Notes under the pieces: model-generated
Told to the model about the DNA's origin: nothing
Seen by the model: only the letters and a program-made list of their open reading frames with translations
Databases searched by the model: none
Assembly: GCA_019421015.1 (NCBI GenBank)
Contig: JAHZGC010000002.1
Coordinates: 1,619 to 65,618, forward strand
DNA length: 64,000 nt
Source: Coriobacteriaceae bacterium
GTDB lineage: Bacteria > Actinomycetota > Coriobacteriia > Coriobacteriales > UMGS124
Direction of reading: 5' to 3'
In this document: piece after piece, positions 51,568 through 62,903 of the stretch
Position numbering within the stretch: the first letter of the stretch is position 1
How the letters are laid out: each line of letters opens with the position of its first letter
Position numbers and translations under genes: made by a program

Positions 51568-53148
51568 TTACGCCTTGGCCAGGTGCTCCAGGCGGAAGTT
51601 GCCCAGGGGCGTCTGGATCCAGCCGGTGATGTCGGTGCGGTAGGCGTTGCACCAGGGGGTCACGAACAGCGGGATGTTCACGGCCTGCTTGCGGAACGCC
51701 TGCTGGATCTGGGCGTAGAGCTCCTTGCGGATCTCGTTGTCGAGCTCCACGTTGGCGGCGTCGTTGATGGCCACCAGCTCCTCGGGCTGCTCAAAGTTGG
51801 TGAAGCAGCCGTAGTTCACGTCAAAGCTGAACAGGAAGTGCATGAACTCCGCCGGGTCCTGGACGTCGTCGCTCCAGCCCGAGACCAGGATGTCGAAGTC
51901 GCGGTCGGCGCGGGCCTGCGAGAACGATGTGGCCTCGCGCGCGTCGAGCTCCAGGGTCACGCCGATCTGGGCCCACTGCTGCATGAGGATCATCGCGATC
52001 TGCTCCTGGGTGGCGTTGCCGCCGCGCAGAAGGACGCGCAGGCTAAAGCCGTCGGGGTAGCCGGCCTCAGCGAGCAGCGCCTTGGCGGCCTCGACGTTTG
52101 CCACCGCCGGCTCGATCGAGTGGTCGCAGAACTCCGAGGTCGGGGCAAAGACGCTGCCCACGGCCGTGGCGTAGCCGTACGAGAGCGCGTCGACGAACTC
52201 TTGGGCGTCGGTGGCCTCGTAGAGCGCCTCGCGCACGGTCTCGTTGGCCAGGTACTCGTTGGCCACGTTGCACGAGAGGAAGGTGACGTTGGTCGAGGGG
52301 TCGGGGCTCACGACCACGCTGCTGTCGCTCGAGAGCTGCATGAGCGTGGAGAAGGGCAGGTCGGTGGCGATGTCGATGTCACCGGCCTGGAGCTGGAGCT
52401 GGCGCGAGGTGTCCTCGGCAACCACCTTGAACTCGATCTCCTGGGTGAGCGGCAGCCCGGCCTCGCGGTAGTTGGGGTTGGCGGCCAGGGTCAGGTACTC
52501 GCCCTTCCTCCACTCCTTGATCATGTAGGGGCCCGCGCCGATGACGTCGGTCATGTAGCCCTCGTCGCCCACCTGGTCAAAGTGGGCCTTGGACTGCACG
52601 CCCAGCGTGAAGATGCACAGGTTGGCCATGGTGGAGGCGGCCGGCTCCTTGGTCACGACGATCACCGTGGTGTCGTCGGGGCACTCCACGTGGTCGATGT
52701 TCTCGACGCACATGTGCCAGTTGGAGTCCTCGGCCTCGATGGCGCGGTTAAAGGTGAACTCCCAGTCGGCGGCGGTCACGGGGGTGCCGTCCGAGAAGAG
52801 CAGGCCGGGCTTCACGGTGAACGTGTAGGTGGTGCCGTCCTCGGAGACCTCCCAGCTTTCGGCCAAGCAGGGCTCGATGGACTCGCCGTCGTCGGAGGTC
52901 TTGACGAGGCCTTCGAGGATGAGGTTGAACACGAAGATGTTCTGGTTGCCGATGCAGGTCACCGGGTCGAGGTTGTCGGAGTCGACGGCGCGGCCGATGA
53001 CGATGCGGCTGGAAGCGCTGGCGTCGGCGCTGTCGGCGAGCGCGGCACCGGTGCCGTTCAGCGCGTAGCCACCGAAGGCGACCAGGGCACCGAGGGCGGC
53101 GGTGCCGCGCAAAAAGCCGCGACGGTCGAGGCTGGACAGGCAGTTCAT
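51568..53148 (-). CDS. ABC transporter substrate-binding protein, family 5 (peptide/nickel type)
   Basis: Start set at ATG 53148 after AAGGAGG. Tat-like signal LDRRGFLRGTAALGALVAFGG. Typical SBP_bac_5 body (...LEGLVKTSDDGESIEPCLAESWEVSEDG...). Confidence 0.85.
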   Translation of the reverse strand: MNCLSSLDRRGFLRGTAALGALVAFGGYALNGTGAALADSADASASSRIVIGRAVDSDNLDPVTCIGNQNIFVFNLILEGLVKTSDDGESIEPCLAESWEVSEDGTTYTFTVKPGLLFSDGTPVTAADWEFTFNRAIEAEDSNWHMCVENIDHVECPDDTTVIVVTKEPAASTMANLCIFTLGVQSKAHFDQVGDEGYMTDVIGAGPYMIKEWRKGEYLTLAANPNYREAGLPLTQEIEFKVVAEDTSRQLQLQAGDIDIATDLPFSTLMQLSSDSSVVVSPDPSTNVTFLSCNVANEYLANETVREALYEATDAQEFVDALSYGYATAVGSVFAPTSEFCDHSIEPAVANVEAAKALLAEAGYPDGFSLRVLLRGGNATQEQIAMILMQQWAQIGVTLELDAREATSFSQARADRDFDILVSGWSDDVQDPAEFMHFLFSFDVNYGCFTNFEQPEELVAINDAANVELDNEIRKELYAQIQQAFRKQAVNIPLFVTPWCNAYRTDITGWIQTPLGNFRLEHLAKA

Positions 53149-53341
53149 GGGGGTCCTCCTTGGTTGCTTGCTGTGCCCGGTAACCCGGGTGCCGTACAAC
53201 CTACTCTTTTGGTTCTGCGATGTCGAGGGGTACATGGTGGTTTTTGGAGGACGAGCGGCATGGGGAGTGGTTGGCTGACCGGTGGGATAGCCTGGTTGGG
53301 TGGCGGGGATGGCGCGTGGGTACGTGGGAGGGTGGGCTTGC

Positions 53342-53565
53342 TGGCAGGAATCGGGACTTTGCGACTTTCCGGGTGGTCCGACTGGCGGAAATCCGAACTT
53401 TGCGACGTGGTTTTGGTGGTAGGGAAGAAGGGTGTGGAGGTCGGTGCGTCTCTCACCTGTGGTGATACTGATGCTAATAGTGGTGCTACCGTAAAAGCGA
53501 GTCGCATAGTTCGGATCCCTGCCATTCCCAACCCTGCTCAAGTCGCAAAGTTCCGATTTCTGCCG
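53342..53565. repeat. Phased motif array, family 3, locus H (2 direct + 2 inverted)
   Basis: TGGC[A/G]GGAA(A)TC[G/C]G[G/A]ACTTTGCGAC at 53342 and 53383. Inverted GTCGCA...CTGCC[A/G] at 53501 and 53542. 41-bp phasing within each arm. Confidence 0.8.
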
Positions 53566-53715
53566 GTTTCTGCCGGACTGTGGGCAGACCGCGCCAAAAG
53601 CCGTGGGTTCCTAATGCCTCGCTCTTACAGTAAACAGTTGTAAAATACCCTCAGCCCCTCTCCACCCGCATCCCTGCCGCCCGCTTGCCGCTCACCCCAC
53701 CCTGGGAGCCTCGCC

Positions 53716-55200
53716 ATGAACCTCTCCAAGTCGCGCTACGTCAAGGGCATCCAGTGCCCCAAGATCCTCTGGATGGACCTCCACATGCCCGAGCAATTCA
53801 ACGACGCGGCCTTGAATCAGGCAGCGCTCGACACCGGCAGCGCGGTGGGCGACCTGGCCATGGGCTACTTCGGCGACTACGTCGAGGTGCCCTTTGCCCC
53901 GCAGGGCTTCTCCGCCATGGCCGCCACGACGCGGGAGTTGCTCGACGCTGCGACGCCCGTCGTCTGCGAGGCCACATTTGCCTGCGACGGGTGCCTCTGC
54001 ATGGTCGACATCCTGCTCACGGAGCCCGACGGCGTGCGTCTCGTGGAGGTCAAGTCGTCCACCTGCATGAGCGACATCTACCTGCACGACATGGCGTTCC
54101 AGACCTGGGTGCTGCGCCGCTGCGGGTTCAACGTCAAGTCGGCGGCCCTCATGCATCTCAACAACCAGTATGTGCGCCGGGGAGAGCTCGACCTGCGGCA
54201 GCTCTTCACCGTTGAGGACTGCACCGAGCAGGTGTTTGCGATGCAGCCCGAGGTGGGGGCTGCCGTCGAGCGGCTCAAGGCCGTGGCGGAGCAACCCGAC
54301 GAGCCGCCGATCGCCTGCGGTGCCCGCTGCAAGAAGCCCTACGAGTGCGGCTACTGCGGCTGGTGCTGGCGCGAGCTGCCCACGCCCAACGTCTTTGACC
54401 TGAGCCGCATGCAGATGAAGAAGGGTCTGGAGCTGCTCGACCGGGGAATCGTGAGCTTCCAGGACCTTCTCGACCACAAGGTTAAGCTGAATGGCCGGCA
54501 GGCGGTGCAGGTGCGCTGCGAGGTCGAGGGGCTCGACACCGTTATCGACCGCAAGGCCGTGGCCGGGTTCCTGGACGGGCTGAGCTTTCCGCTGTACTTC
54601 CTTGACTTCGAGACGTTCCAGCCGGCCGTGCCGCCCTTCGACGGCGTGCGTCCCTACCAGCAGATTCCCACCCAGTACTCGCTCCACGTACTCCGCGAGC
54701 CGGGGGCCGAGCTGGAGCACCGCGAGTTTTTGGCCGAGGCGGGCAAGGACCCCTGCCGCGCTGTGGCCGAGCGTCTGGTGGCCGACATCCCCATGGGCGC
54801 GTGCACGCTCGCCTACAACATGACCTTTGAGAAGGGCCGCATCGGCGAGCTGGCCGCGGCCTTCCCCGACCTGGCCGAGCACCTGCTGGCCATCAACGCC
54901 GGCATGGACGACCTGCTCAAGCCGTTCAGCAGCGGTGCCTACTACGCCCGGGCCATGGGCGGCAGCAACTCGATCAAGCGGGTGCTGCCGGCGCTGTTTC
55001 CCGACGATCCCGAGCTCGACTACCACAGCCTCGACGGTGTACATAACGGCAGCGAGGCCATGGCCGTCTACGCCGACCTGGTGAACATGGCTTCCGAGGA
55101 GGCTGCGCGCACGCGCGAGAACCTGCTGCGCTACTGCGAGCTCGACACCTACGCGATGGTGAAGATCTGGCAGAAGCTCGTCGAGGCCGTGGAGGGGTAG
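53716..55200 (+). CDS. DUF2779-like protein (PD-(D/E)XK/Cas4-like nuclease fold family)
   Basis: N-terminus MNLSKSRYVKGIQCPKILWMDLHMPEQF is the characteristic DUF2779 start. A cysteine cluster CGARCKKPYECGYCGWC lies mid-protein. Confidence 0.75.
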   Translation: MNLSKSRYVKGIQCPKILWMDLHMPEQFNDAALNQAALDTGSAVGDLAMGYFGDYVEVPFAPQGFSAMAATTRELLDAATPVVCEATFACDGCLCMVDILLTEPDGVRLVEVKSSTCMSDIYLHDMAFQTWVLRRCGFNVKSAALMHLNNQYVRRGELDLRQLFTVEDCTEQVFAMQPEVGAAVERLKAVAEQPDEPPIACGARCKKPYECGYCGWCWRELPTPNVFDLSRMQMKKGLELLDRGIVSFQDLLDHKVKLNGRQAVQVRCEVEGLDTVIDRKAVAGFLDGLSFPLYFLDFETFQPAVPPFDGVRPYQQIPTQYSLHVLREPGAELEHREFLAEAGKDPCRAVAERLVADIPMGACTLAYNMTFEKGRIGELAAAFPDLAEHLLAINAGMDDLLKPFSSGAYYARAMGGSNSIKRVLPALFPDDPELDYHSLDGVHNGSEAMAVYADLVNMASEEAARTRENLLRYCELDTYAMVKIWQKLVEAVEG

Positions 55201-55303
55201 GAACGCCGGCGGCCCTTTGCGGCCACGACCGGGACCAACAAGGGTGGGCCGAAGCGCCTGGCATCTGCCAGTGTCGAGGCCCCCGTGAGAAAGGATGTTC
55301 ATC

Positions 55304-55492
55304 ATGGCGACCATCGATGTCGACGCGCTGCGCGACTATATGGAGGACTACTACGGTACCGCGATGTTCAACGGGTTTGCGCCGGCGCTGGGGGACCTGG
55401 CGGACGTGAGCTCCATGGACCCGTACGAGTTGTGTCAAAAGGCCGAGGAGGAGGGCGTCGACCTGCGGCGCTTCGAGGTGGAGGAGGAGTAG
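55304..55492 (+). CDS. Small acidic hypothetical protein (62 aa)
   Basis: MATIDVDALRDYMEDYYGTAMFNGF.... GAAAGGA lies ~10 nt upstream of ATG 55304. Confidence 0.45.
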   Translation: MATIDVDALRDYMEDYYGTAMFNGFAPALGDLADVSSMDPYELCQKAEEEGVDLRRFEVEEE

Positions 55493-55676
55493 AAGGGCTC
55501 ACGCGGAAGGCGACTGCCCGGTTTGGGCCATTGTTTCCGAAGCATGCAAACGCCCCGTCGCCTTCGCCGCGTCTCCGCCGGGTGTGAGGGGGGGCTTGGA
55601 CTGGGCTTGCCCGTTGCTCTCGATGTGTTTACAGAACCTGCTGTTCCACGAGCGCTAGCGCGGGATCATTGCGCGC

Positions 55677-55904
55677 ATGGGCGAGCTGCTCACCATGTAC
55701 GTGAGCCACGCGTTTCCGGGCGACGCCACGGCGACGGGCCCCTCGGCTCTGCAGTCCCTGTTCGAGCACGCCCGCAACCGCGGGTTCGACGTGGTGGGCG
55801 ACTACTACGAGGAGTCGGTCTGCCGCTGGCCCCAGGTGTTCGACGAACGCGGAGAGATCTTGGTGCACTGCCGCCTGCCGGTGCGGCAGGGGGAGCGGAG
55901 GTAG
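55677..55904 (+). CDS. Possible fragment of a GyrI-like/effector-binding-domain protein
   Basis: The 75-aa ORF ...YYEESVCRWPQVFDERGEILVHCRLPV resembles the C-terminal end of GyrI-like domains. An in-frame TAG lies just upstream. Confidence 0.3.
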   Translation: MGELLTMYVSHAFPGDATATGPSALQSLFEHARNRGFDVVGDYYEESVCRWPQVFDERGEILVHCRLPVRQGERR

Positions 55905-55939
55905 GGCGTCGCGGAGGCGCGCCGACTGCCCGTGGGCGC

Positions 55940-56182
55940 GGACAGAATCGCGACTTTCTTGGCCCATGGGGTCTTTCCGGCGGGTCTCTTGGACGGAACC
56001 TCGACTTTCTTGGCCGATTTTTCGGACGGCCTGGTGACCTGCGGGATAAAGCTGCTGGTAGATGACTCGCCCCCTCAGAAATCCTGACAAGGGGAGGTCC
56101 ATATCGGTCGAGAAAGTCCGCAATCTTGTCCGCCGGCGCCCCCTCAGGCACCGAATAGGTCGAGAAAGTCGAGGTTTTGTCC
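55940..56182. repeat. Phased motif array, family 4, locus I (2 direct + 2 inverted)
   Basis: GGAC[A/G]GAA[T/C]C[G/T]CGACTTTCTTGGCC at 55940 and 55991. Inverted GGTCGAGAAAGTC...TTGTCC at 56106 and 56158. 51-52-bp phasing. Confidence 0.8.
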
Positions 56183-56209
56183 ACAGGCTGGCCCCTAGCC
56201 GAAAACCCT

Positions 56210-56710
56210 TTATTCCACCTCGAGCAGGGTCTGCACCAGAGCGACCATCGTGTCCTTCTCCGTCGGTGCCGAAAGGGCAACCATAAGCGCTATGGCAGCC
56301 AGGGCGTTGGGTTCGACGGGCTGGCGCGCAGGGCTTAGCAACCCGTTGCGCTCCAAAAAGTACACGAACAGGGCGGCGGCGCAGCGCTTGTTTCCGTCGT
56401 AGAAGGGGTGGTCCTTGACCACCTGGTACAGCAGGTTCGCCGCCTTGGCCTCCAGCGACGGGTAGAGTTCGAACCCGGCGAACGACTGGTAGAGCCCCCG
56501 TACAATGCCCTCGAAGGAACCATCGCGTTCACGGCCGAAGAGATCCGAGGTCTCGTAGAACGGCAATTGCTGGATGAAGGCTCGGGCATCCTCGTAGGTC
56601 AGCTCCCAGGTGGCGGCCTGCCCCTTGGGTGCGATTACCTCGCCCTCGTCGTAGCGGGCCAGCAGCTCCAGGGCCGGAAGGTATTTGCGGATAAGGGCGG
56701 CCGTTCCCAT
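56210..56710 (-). CDS. Fic/Doc-family protein (death-on-curing type)
   Basis: HPFYDGNKRCAA matches the Fic/Doc motif HxFx(D/N)(G/A)NKR. The flanking ...ELYPSLEAKAANLLYQVVKD... is typical of Doc toxins. Confidence 0.75.
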   Translation of the reverse strand: MGTAALIRKYLPALELLARYDEGEVIAPKGQAATWELTYEDARAFIQQLPFYETSDLFGRERDGSFEGIVRGLYQSFAGFELYPSLEAKAANLLYQVVKDHPFYDGNKRCAAALFVYFLERNGLLSPARQPVEPNALAAIALMVALSAPTEKDTMVALVQTLLEVE

Positions 56711-56818
56711 GGATGTCCTTTCGTGCAGGGATGCTGGGTCTCAGGGTAGCACGGATATGGAGCGTGAAGGACAAGGTGGGAGAGGACCCTGTCATTTGCC
56801 TGCAGTCTGCCGGTTGCC

Positions 56819-57027
56819 TGCCAGAAAAAGCAGCTTTATTTGGCAAGAGGGCTCTTCGGGAAAGGCCATGCCAGATAAACCTACTTTATTTGGTAGGCCA
56901 TCTGCCTGCGGAAATAATGAAAAACAGCTGGTAGATGGACCTGTTTTTGTTTGCCAAATAAACCAGCTTTGTTTGGCGGCACTCCCTTGGAGAAGGGCTT
57001 CTGCCAGAAAAGCCTACTTTATTTGGC
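56819..57027. repeat. Phased motif array, family 5, locus J (four quasi-palindromic 26-27-bp units)
   Basis: TGCCAGAAAAAGCAGCTTTATTTGGCA-type units start at 56819, 56869, 56952 and 57002 (50-bp steps within pairs). Confidence 0.8.
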
Positions 57028-57206
57028 AGTCTCCACCTCGCTCGGCAGTCCCAGCCCCGCTTGGCCGCCCCCGGTCTGCCTTCCACCCGCCTCCCCCCAC
57101 CGCGAGTTCCTCCCCCGTGCCCTCCACGTCGCTCGGGTACTATACCTTGCACAACTACCGTACCTCCGGCCCCGCGCTTCTATCCTCCCGAAAGGTTTCC
57201 GCCCCC

Positions 57207-59720
<2,514 letters not shown>

Positions 59721-59865
59721 GGCGAGCGGCGCGGGCGGGGCGAGGCGAGCGATGTGTGCGGCCTGGGCGGCGCGGGCGGGGCGATGGCGTGCGGGCTGGA
59801 GAGTGCGGGCGACCCTCCCAATATGGGAACACCTGTCTGTATGAATCGCTCCCTCGACTTGCAAG

Positions 59866-60092
59866 CCGAGATGCTTCCGCAGAAAGGGGGTTCTGGATAG
59901 GCGCAATCTTTTTTGTTCGAGTTTGCGCTCGGCGGTTGCTTCAAGGGCTAGCGGAGAAATACCTGGTAGATGGGCTGTTTTTATAAGCAGGTACCCACCA
60001 ACTCCAAGGTTTTCTCCCCTAGGGCTGCTACCGGGGGCGTTTGGGCGGTCGAGTTGCCTATCCAGAACCCTGATTATGCGGCGGTATCTGCC
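59866..60092. repeat. ~215-bp TIR element, copy 4 (variant interior)
   Basis: CCGAGATGCTTCCGCAGAAAGGGGGTTCTGGATAGG (59866-59901) and CCTATCCAGAACCCTGATTATGCGGCGGTATCTGCC (60057-60092). Confidence 0.8.
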
Positions 60093-60169
60093 AAAATGGC
60101 CTCCGTAGGCGTTCTGCGGAGAAGTCCCGGAGGTAGTCGGCGAGCGCCCATGCGTGATAGCCTCCCTCC

Positions 60170-61270
60170 ATGGATACGATCATCTGCCTCGAGTCGGCAC
60201 TCGAGATGTATCATGCGGCGCGCATCGTCGACGACCAACGGGGCTCGTCGGATCCTGCCGTGCGGTTATCGGCGCTTTCGCTTAAGCGTTTGAACTGCGG
60301 CAATGTGGGCAGTCGCGCCCCCTCGCCCCAAGATGTCGACCTGCTCTTGCGCCAGTTCGGCCGGTTCTCGGACGCTTGCCTCAAGGAGGGGCCGTGCCCC
60401 GTTGTGGGGTTGACGCCGCCGGTGCACGTTTTGGTTCCCCACGACGTCCCGCGGTGGCAGACCGATCGCCGCGTTTCGCACCGCGCGCCAGCCCGGGTGC
60501 CCGACGGCTCCTTGGTTCGTTTTGAGGACGGCCTGCTTCTGAGCTCGCCCGAGTATCTTTTTCTCCAGGCCGCCATTCAGCTTGATGTGCTCGACCTCGT
60601 TTGGCTGGCCTGCGAACTGTGTTCTCTGTATACCATCCATCCCCGGTGCCGGGGTGCGCTGCTGCCCGCTCGGCCCCTTACCACGCCGCAGCGTCTCGTC
60701 GGCTATGTGGAGAAGGCCTGCGAGCTGGGAGCTTATGGGGCAAAGAAGGCCTTGCGCGCCGCAGGCTATGCGTTGGGACATGCCGCCTCTCGCCGCGAGG
60801 TTGCGTTGGCGCTGTTGGCGACGCTGCCCCGGTCGATGGGTGGGCGGGCGATCCCAAAGCCGCAGCTCAACTACGACATCAAGATCGACGGTCGGCTGGG
60901 GGCAATCCACAATTGGCGGTCGTTTGACGTCGACGCCTGCTGGCCCAACGAGAAGGTCGTGCTTGAGTACGACAGCGACACGCACCATCTGAAGGGTTGG
61001 CGCAGGGCGCGCGACAACGACAAGCGGGAGGCCCTGCGGACGATGGGCTACCGGGTGGTCGAGGTGTCGACGCAGCAGTTCGACTCCTTGGTGATGGTCG
61101 ACGATTCCCTGTTGCGCCTGTGCAACTATCTGGGCGTTCGCAACCGGGCCGGCGAGTCTCGCTACGATTGGCAGCAGCGGCGCTCTGACCTGCGGCGGCG
61201 TCTCTACCGGCTGGACGAGCGGGGGATCGAGTGGTCGCCCACGGGCAGGCGCCGCTCCGGTTCTGCGTAG
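60170..61270 (+). CDS. Hypothetical protein with C-terminal DUF559 (Vsr-like endonuclease fold) region
   Basis: C-terminal ...FDVDACWPNEKVVLEYDSDTHH...RDNDKREALRTMGYRVVEVS matches the DUF559 pattern. No clear SD. Confidence 0.6.
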   Translation: MDTIICLESALEMYHAARIVDDQRGSSDPAVRLSALSLKRLNCGNVGSRAPSPQDVDLLLRQFGRFSDACLKEGPCPVVGLTPPVHVLVPHDVPRWQTDRRVSHRAPARVPDGSLVRFEDGLLLSSPEYLFLQAAIQLDVLDLVWLACELCSLYTIHPRCRGALLPARPLTTPQRLVGYVEKACELGAYGAKKALRAAGYALGHAASRREVALALLATLPRSMGGRAIPKPQLNYDIKIDGRLGAIHNWRSFDVDACWPNEKVVLEYDSDTHHLKGWRRARDNDKREALRTMGYRVVEVSTQQFDSLVMVDDSLLRLCNYLGVRNRAGESRYDWQQRRSDLRRRLYRLDERGIEWSPTGRRRSGSA

Positions 61271-61327
61271 GGCGCAGGGCCGGGAAGCCTAAAACCGGCA
61301 GGCCGCGAGACCGAGAAGCTGCGAAAC

Positions 61328-61543
61328 CCGAGATGCCTCCGCATAATCAAGGTTCTGGATAGGCGGAGGTGGGCGCCGTGCGCTACCCGATGGCCCGCCT
61401 TCGCTCTCGTGCGATTTCGGCCCCAGCAAAATCGCAGTTCAGGAGGGTCATTGCCTGCGGGACCTCCCTGCGTTGCGGGCATCCGGGGACATCGGGGCGC
61501 TCGCGGGCCTATCCAGAACCCTCATTCCGCGGCGCTATCTGCC
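61328..61543. repeat. ~215-bp TIR element, copy 5
   Basis: CCGAGATGCCTCCGCATAATCAAGGTTCTGGATAGG (61328-61363) and CCTATCCAGAACCCTCATTCCGCGGCGCTATCTGCC (61508-61543). Confidence 0.8.
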
Positions 61544-61720
61544 CTTGGGGCTATCCGCCTGTAAGACTGCCGGGCAATCGGGCGTCCGTCGGGGATGACA
61601 ATTCGTGCGTGCGCCGGCAATGCCCATGGGTATGCTCTAGTAGTATGACAGGTGATGTACAATTGCATCTTACATTATGCCCATCACCAGTCGCGTTGCC
61701 AGCTTGTAGAGGAGGCTCAT

Positions 61721-62248
61721 GTGGCCCAGGCGGTTCTGAGCGTGCGCATGGACGAAGAGACCAAGCGCGCCTTTGTGGACTTCTGCGATCAGATTGGCAT
61801 GAGCGTGTCGACAGCAATCAACATGTTTGCTCGCCAAACGCTTAGGGAGCAGCGGCTGCCGTTCATCCCTTCGCTTAGCATGCCCAACACCCCCGCCGCT
61901 TTCGATTCCGGCCCTGGTTTTGGCAGTCCAACCGAGATTCCCGTTGCGCTTAGCCGTCTTGATATAGCGAAGGCGGTGGAACGGGCGGCCGCGCCCTTTG
62001 TTGCCATCGATCGCGTCGTCCTGTTCGGATCCCATGCACGTGGGGACGCGCGCCCCGACAGCGACATCGACCTGCGCATCGTTCGTGCAACGGCGGCCGT
62101 TCTCACCTGCGCGAACATTGCGGCTTTTAGCGAGGCCGTTGGGGTGGAGACGGGCAGGAGGGTCGATGTGGTCTCCGCGCGTGTCATCAAAGACGAAGCG
62201 TTGGCGGCCGCCATTGAGCGAGAGGGCGTCGTGGTCTATGAGCGCTAA
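61721..62248 (+). CDS. RelB/DinJ-like RHH domain fused to MNT-type nucleotidyltransferase (antitoxin of a HEPN/MNT pair)
   Basis: GTG 61721 after GAGGAGG. The N-terminal SVRMDEETKRAFVDFCDQIGMSVSTAINMFARQ is RelB/DinJ-like. VVLFGSHARGDARPDSDIDL is the nucleotidyltransferase GS-x9-DxD motif. Confidence 0.7.
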   Translation: MAQAVLSVRMDEETKRAFVDFCDQIGMSVSTAINMFARQTLREQRLPFIPSLSMPNTPAAFDSGPGFGSPTEIPVALSRLDIAKAVERAAAPFVAIDRVVLFGSHARGDARPDSDIDLRIVRATAAVLTCANIAAFSEAVGVETGRRVDVVSARVIKDEALAAAIEREGVVVYER

Positions 62249-62551
62249 GGGTACGGATATCAAACGTGTCAGGGAACTGTATGCCGTCATCCAAGAAACC
62301 AAGGAGCGGCTGGCCCATCTGAACCTCACCAAGGAAGACTTCTTGAGCGATGAGACCGTCGGAGGCCGCTTGGCGGCGGATGGCCTGCTCATGTGTGTTT
62401 TAGGGCTACCGAAGAGGCCGGGGCCATGTCGCAGGAGACGCGGGAGGCGTATCCGTCTATCTACTGGGCCGGCATAAAGAGCATGCGCAACATTTTGGCT
62501 CACGACTACGGGGCCGCCGATCGGGAGGCTATCTGGGACAGCATCGAGTGA
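62238..62551 (+). pseudogene. HEPN (DUF86) toxin gene with a 1-nt deletion in a T-run
   Basis: The frame starting at ATG 62238 ends at TAA 62475. The -1 frame from ~62396 encodes ...VFRATEEAGAMSQETREAYPSIYWAGIKSMRNILAHDYG (the R-x4-H HEPN motif) up to TGA 62549-62551. The switch is at TTTT 62398-62401. Confidence 0.7.
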
Positions 62552-62691
62552 GACTTTCCCGAGCTTGAAGAGTTTTGCATAGCGTACTGCGAGGATCACG
62601 GGGAATCGGTGGAGGGGTAGCGACGGGGAGCGCGACAATGGTGGTCGCAAGATGTGCTACGGACTGATCGGTTTTCAGCAAGCTGAGAAGT

Positions 62692-62903
62692 CCGAGATGC
62701 TTCCGCGGAATTGGGGTTCTGGATAGGCGGGTGGGGGTGCTTTGCGCGCCATGGCGGGTCATCTTTGCCTCGCGGGTCCAGGTCTAGTAAAACCGCAGTT
62801 CAGGAGGGTCATTGCCTGGGGGCCTCCCTGTGCTGCGGGCTCGTGGGGACATCGGGGCGCTCGCGGGCCTATCCAGAACCCTCATTCCGCGGCGCTATCT
62901 CCC
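62692..62903. repeat. ~215-bp TIR element, copy 6
   Basis: CCGAGATGCTTCCGCGGAATTGGGGTTCTGGATAGG (62692-62727) and CCTATCCAGAACCCTCATTCCGCGGCGCTATCTCCC (62868-62903). The right half of the interior is nearly identical to copy 5. Confidence 0.8.

Noticed and set aside
59866-62903. Chromosomal integron (attC sites) as the explanation for the TIR elements bracketing cassettes.
   Set aside because: There is no intI gene in the window, and the element ends do not fit the attC R''/R' consensus (RYYYAAC/GTTRRRY). The layout is kept only as an analogy in the findings.
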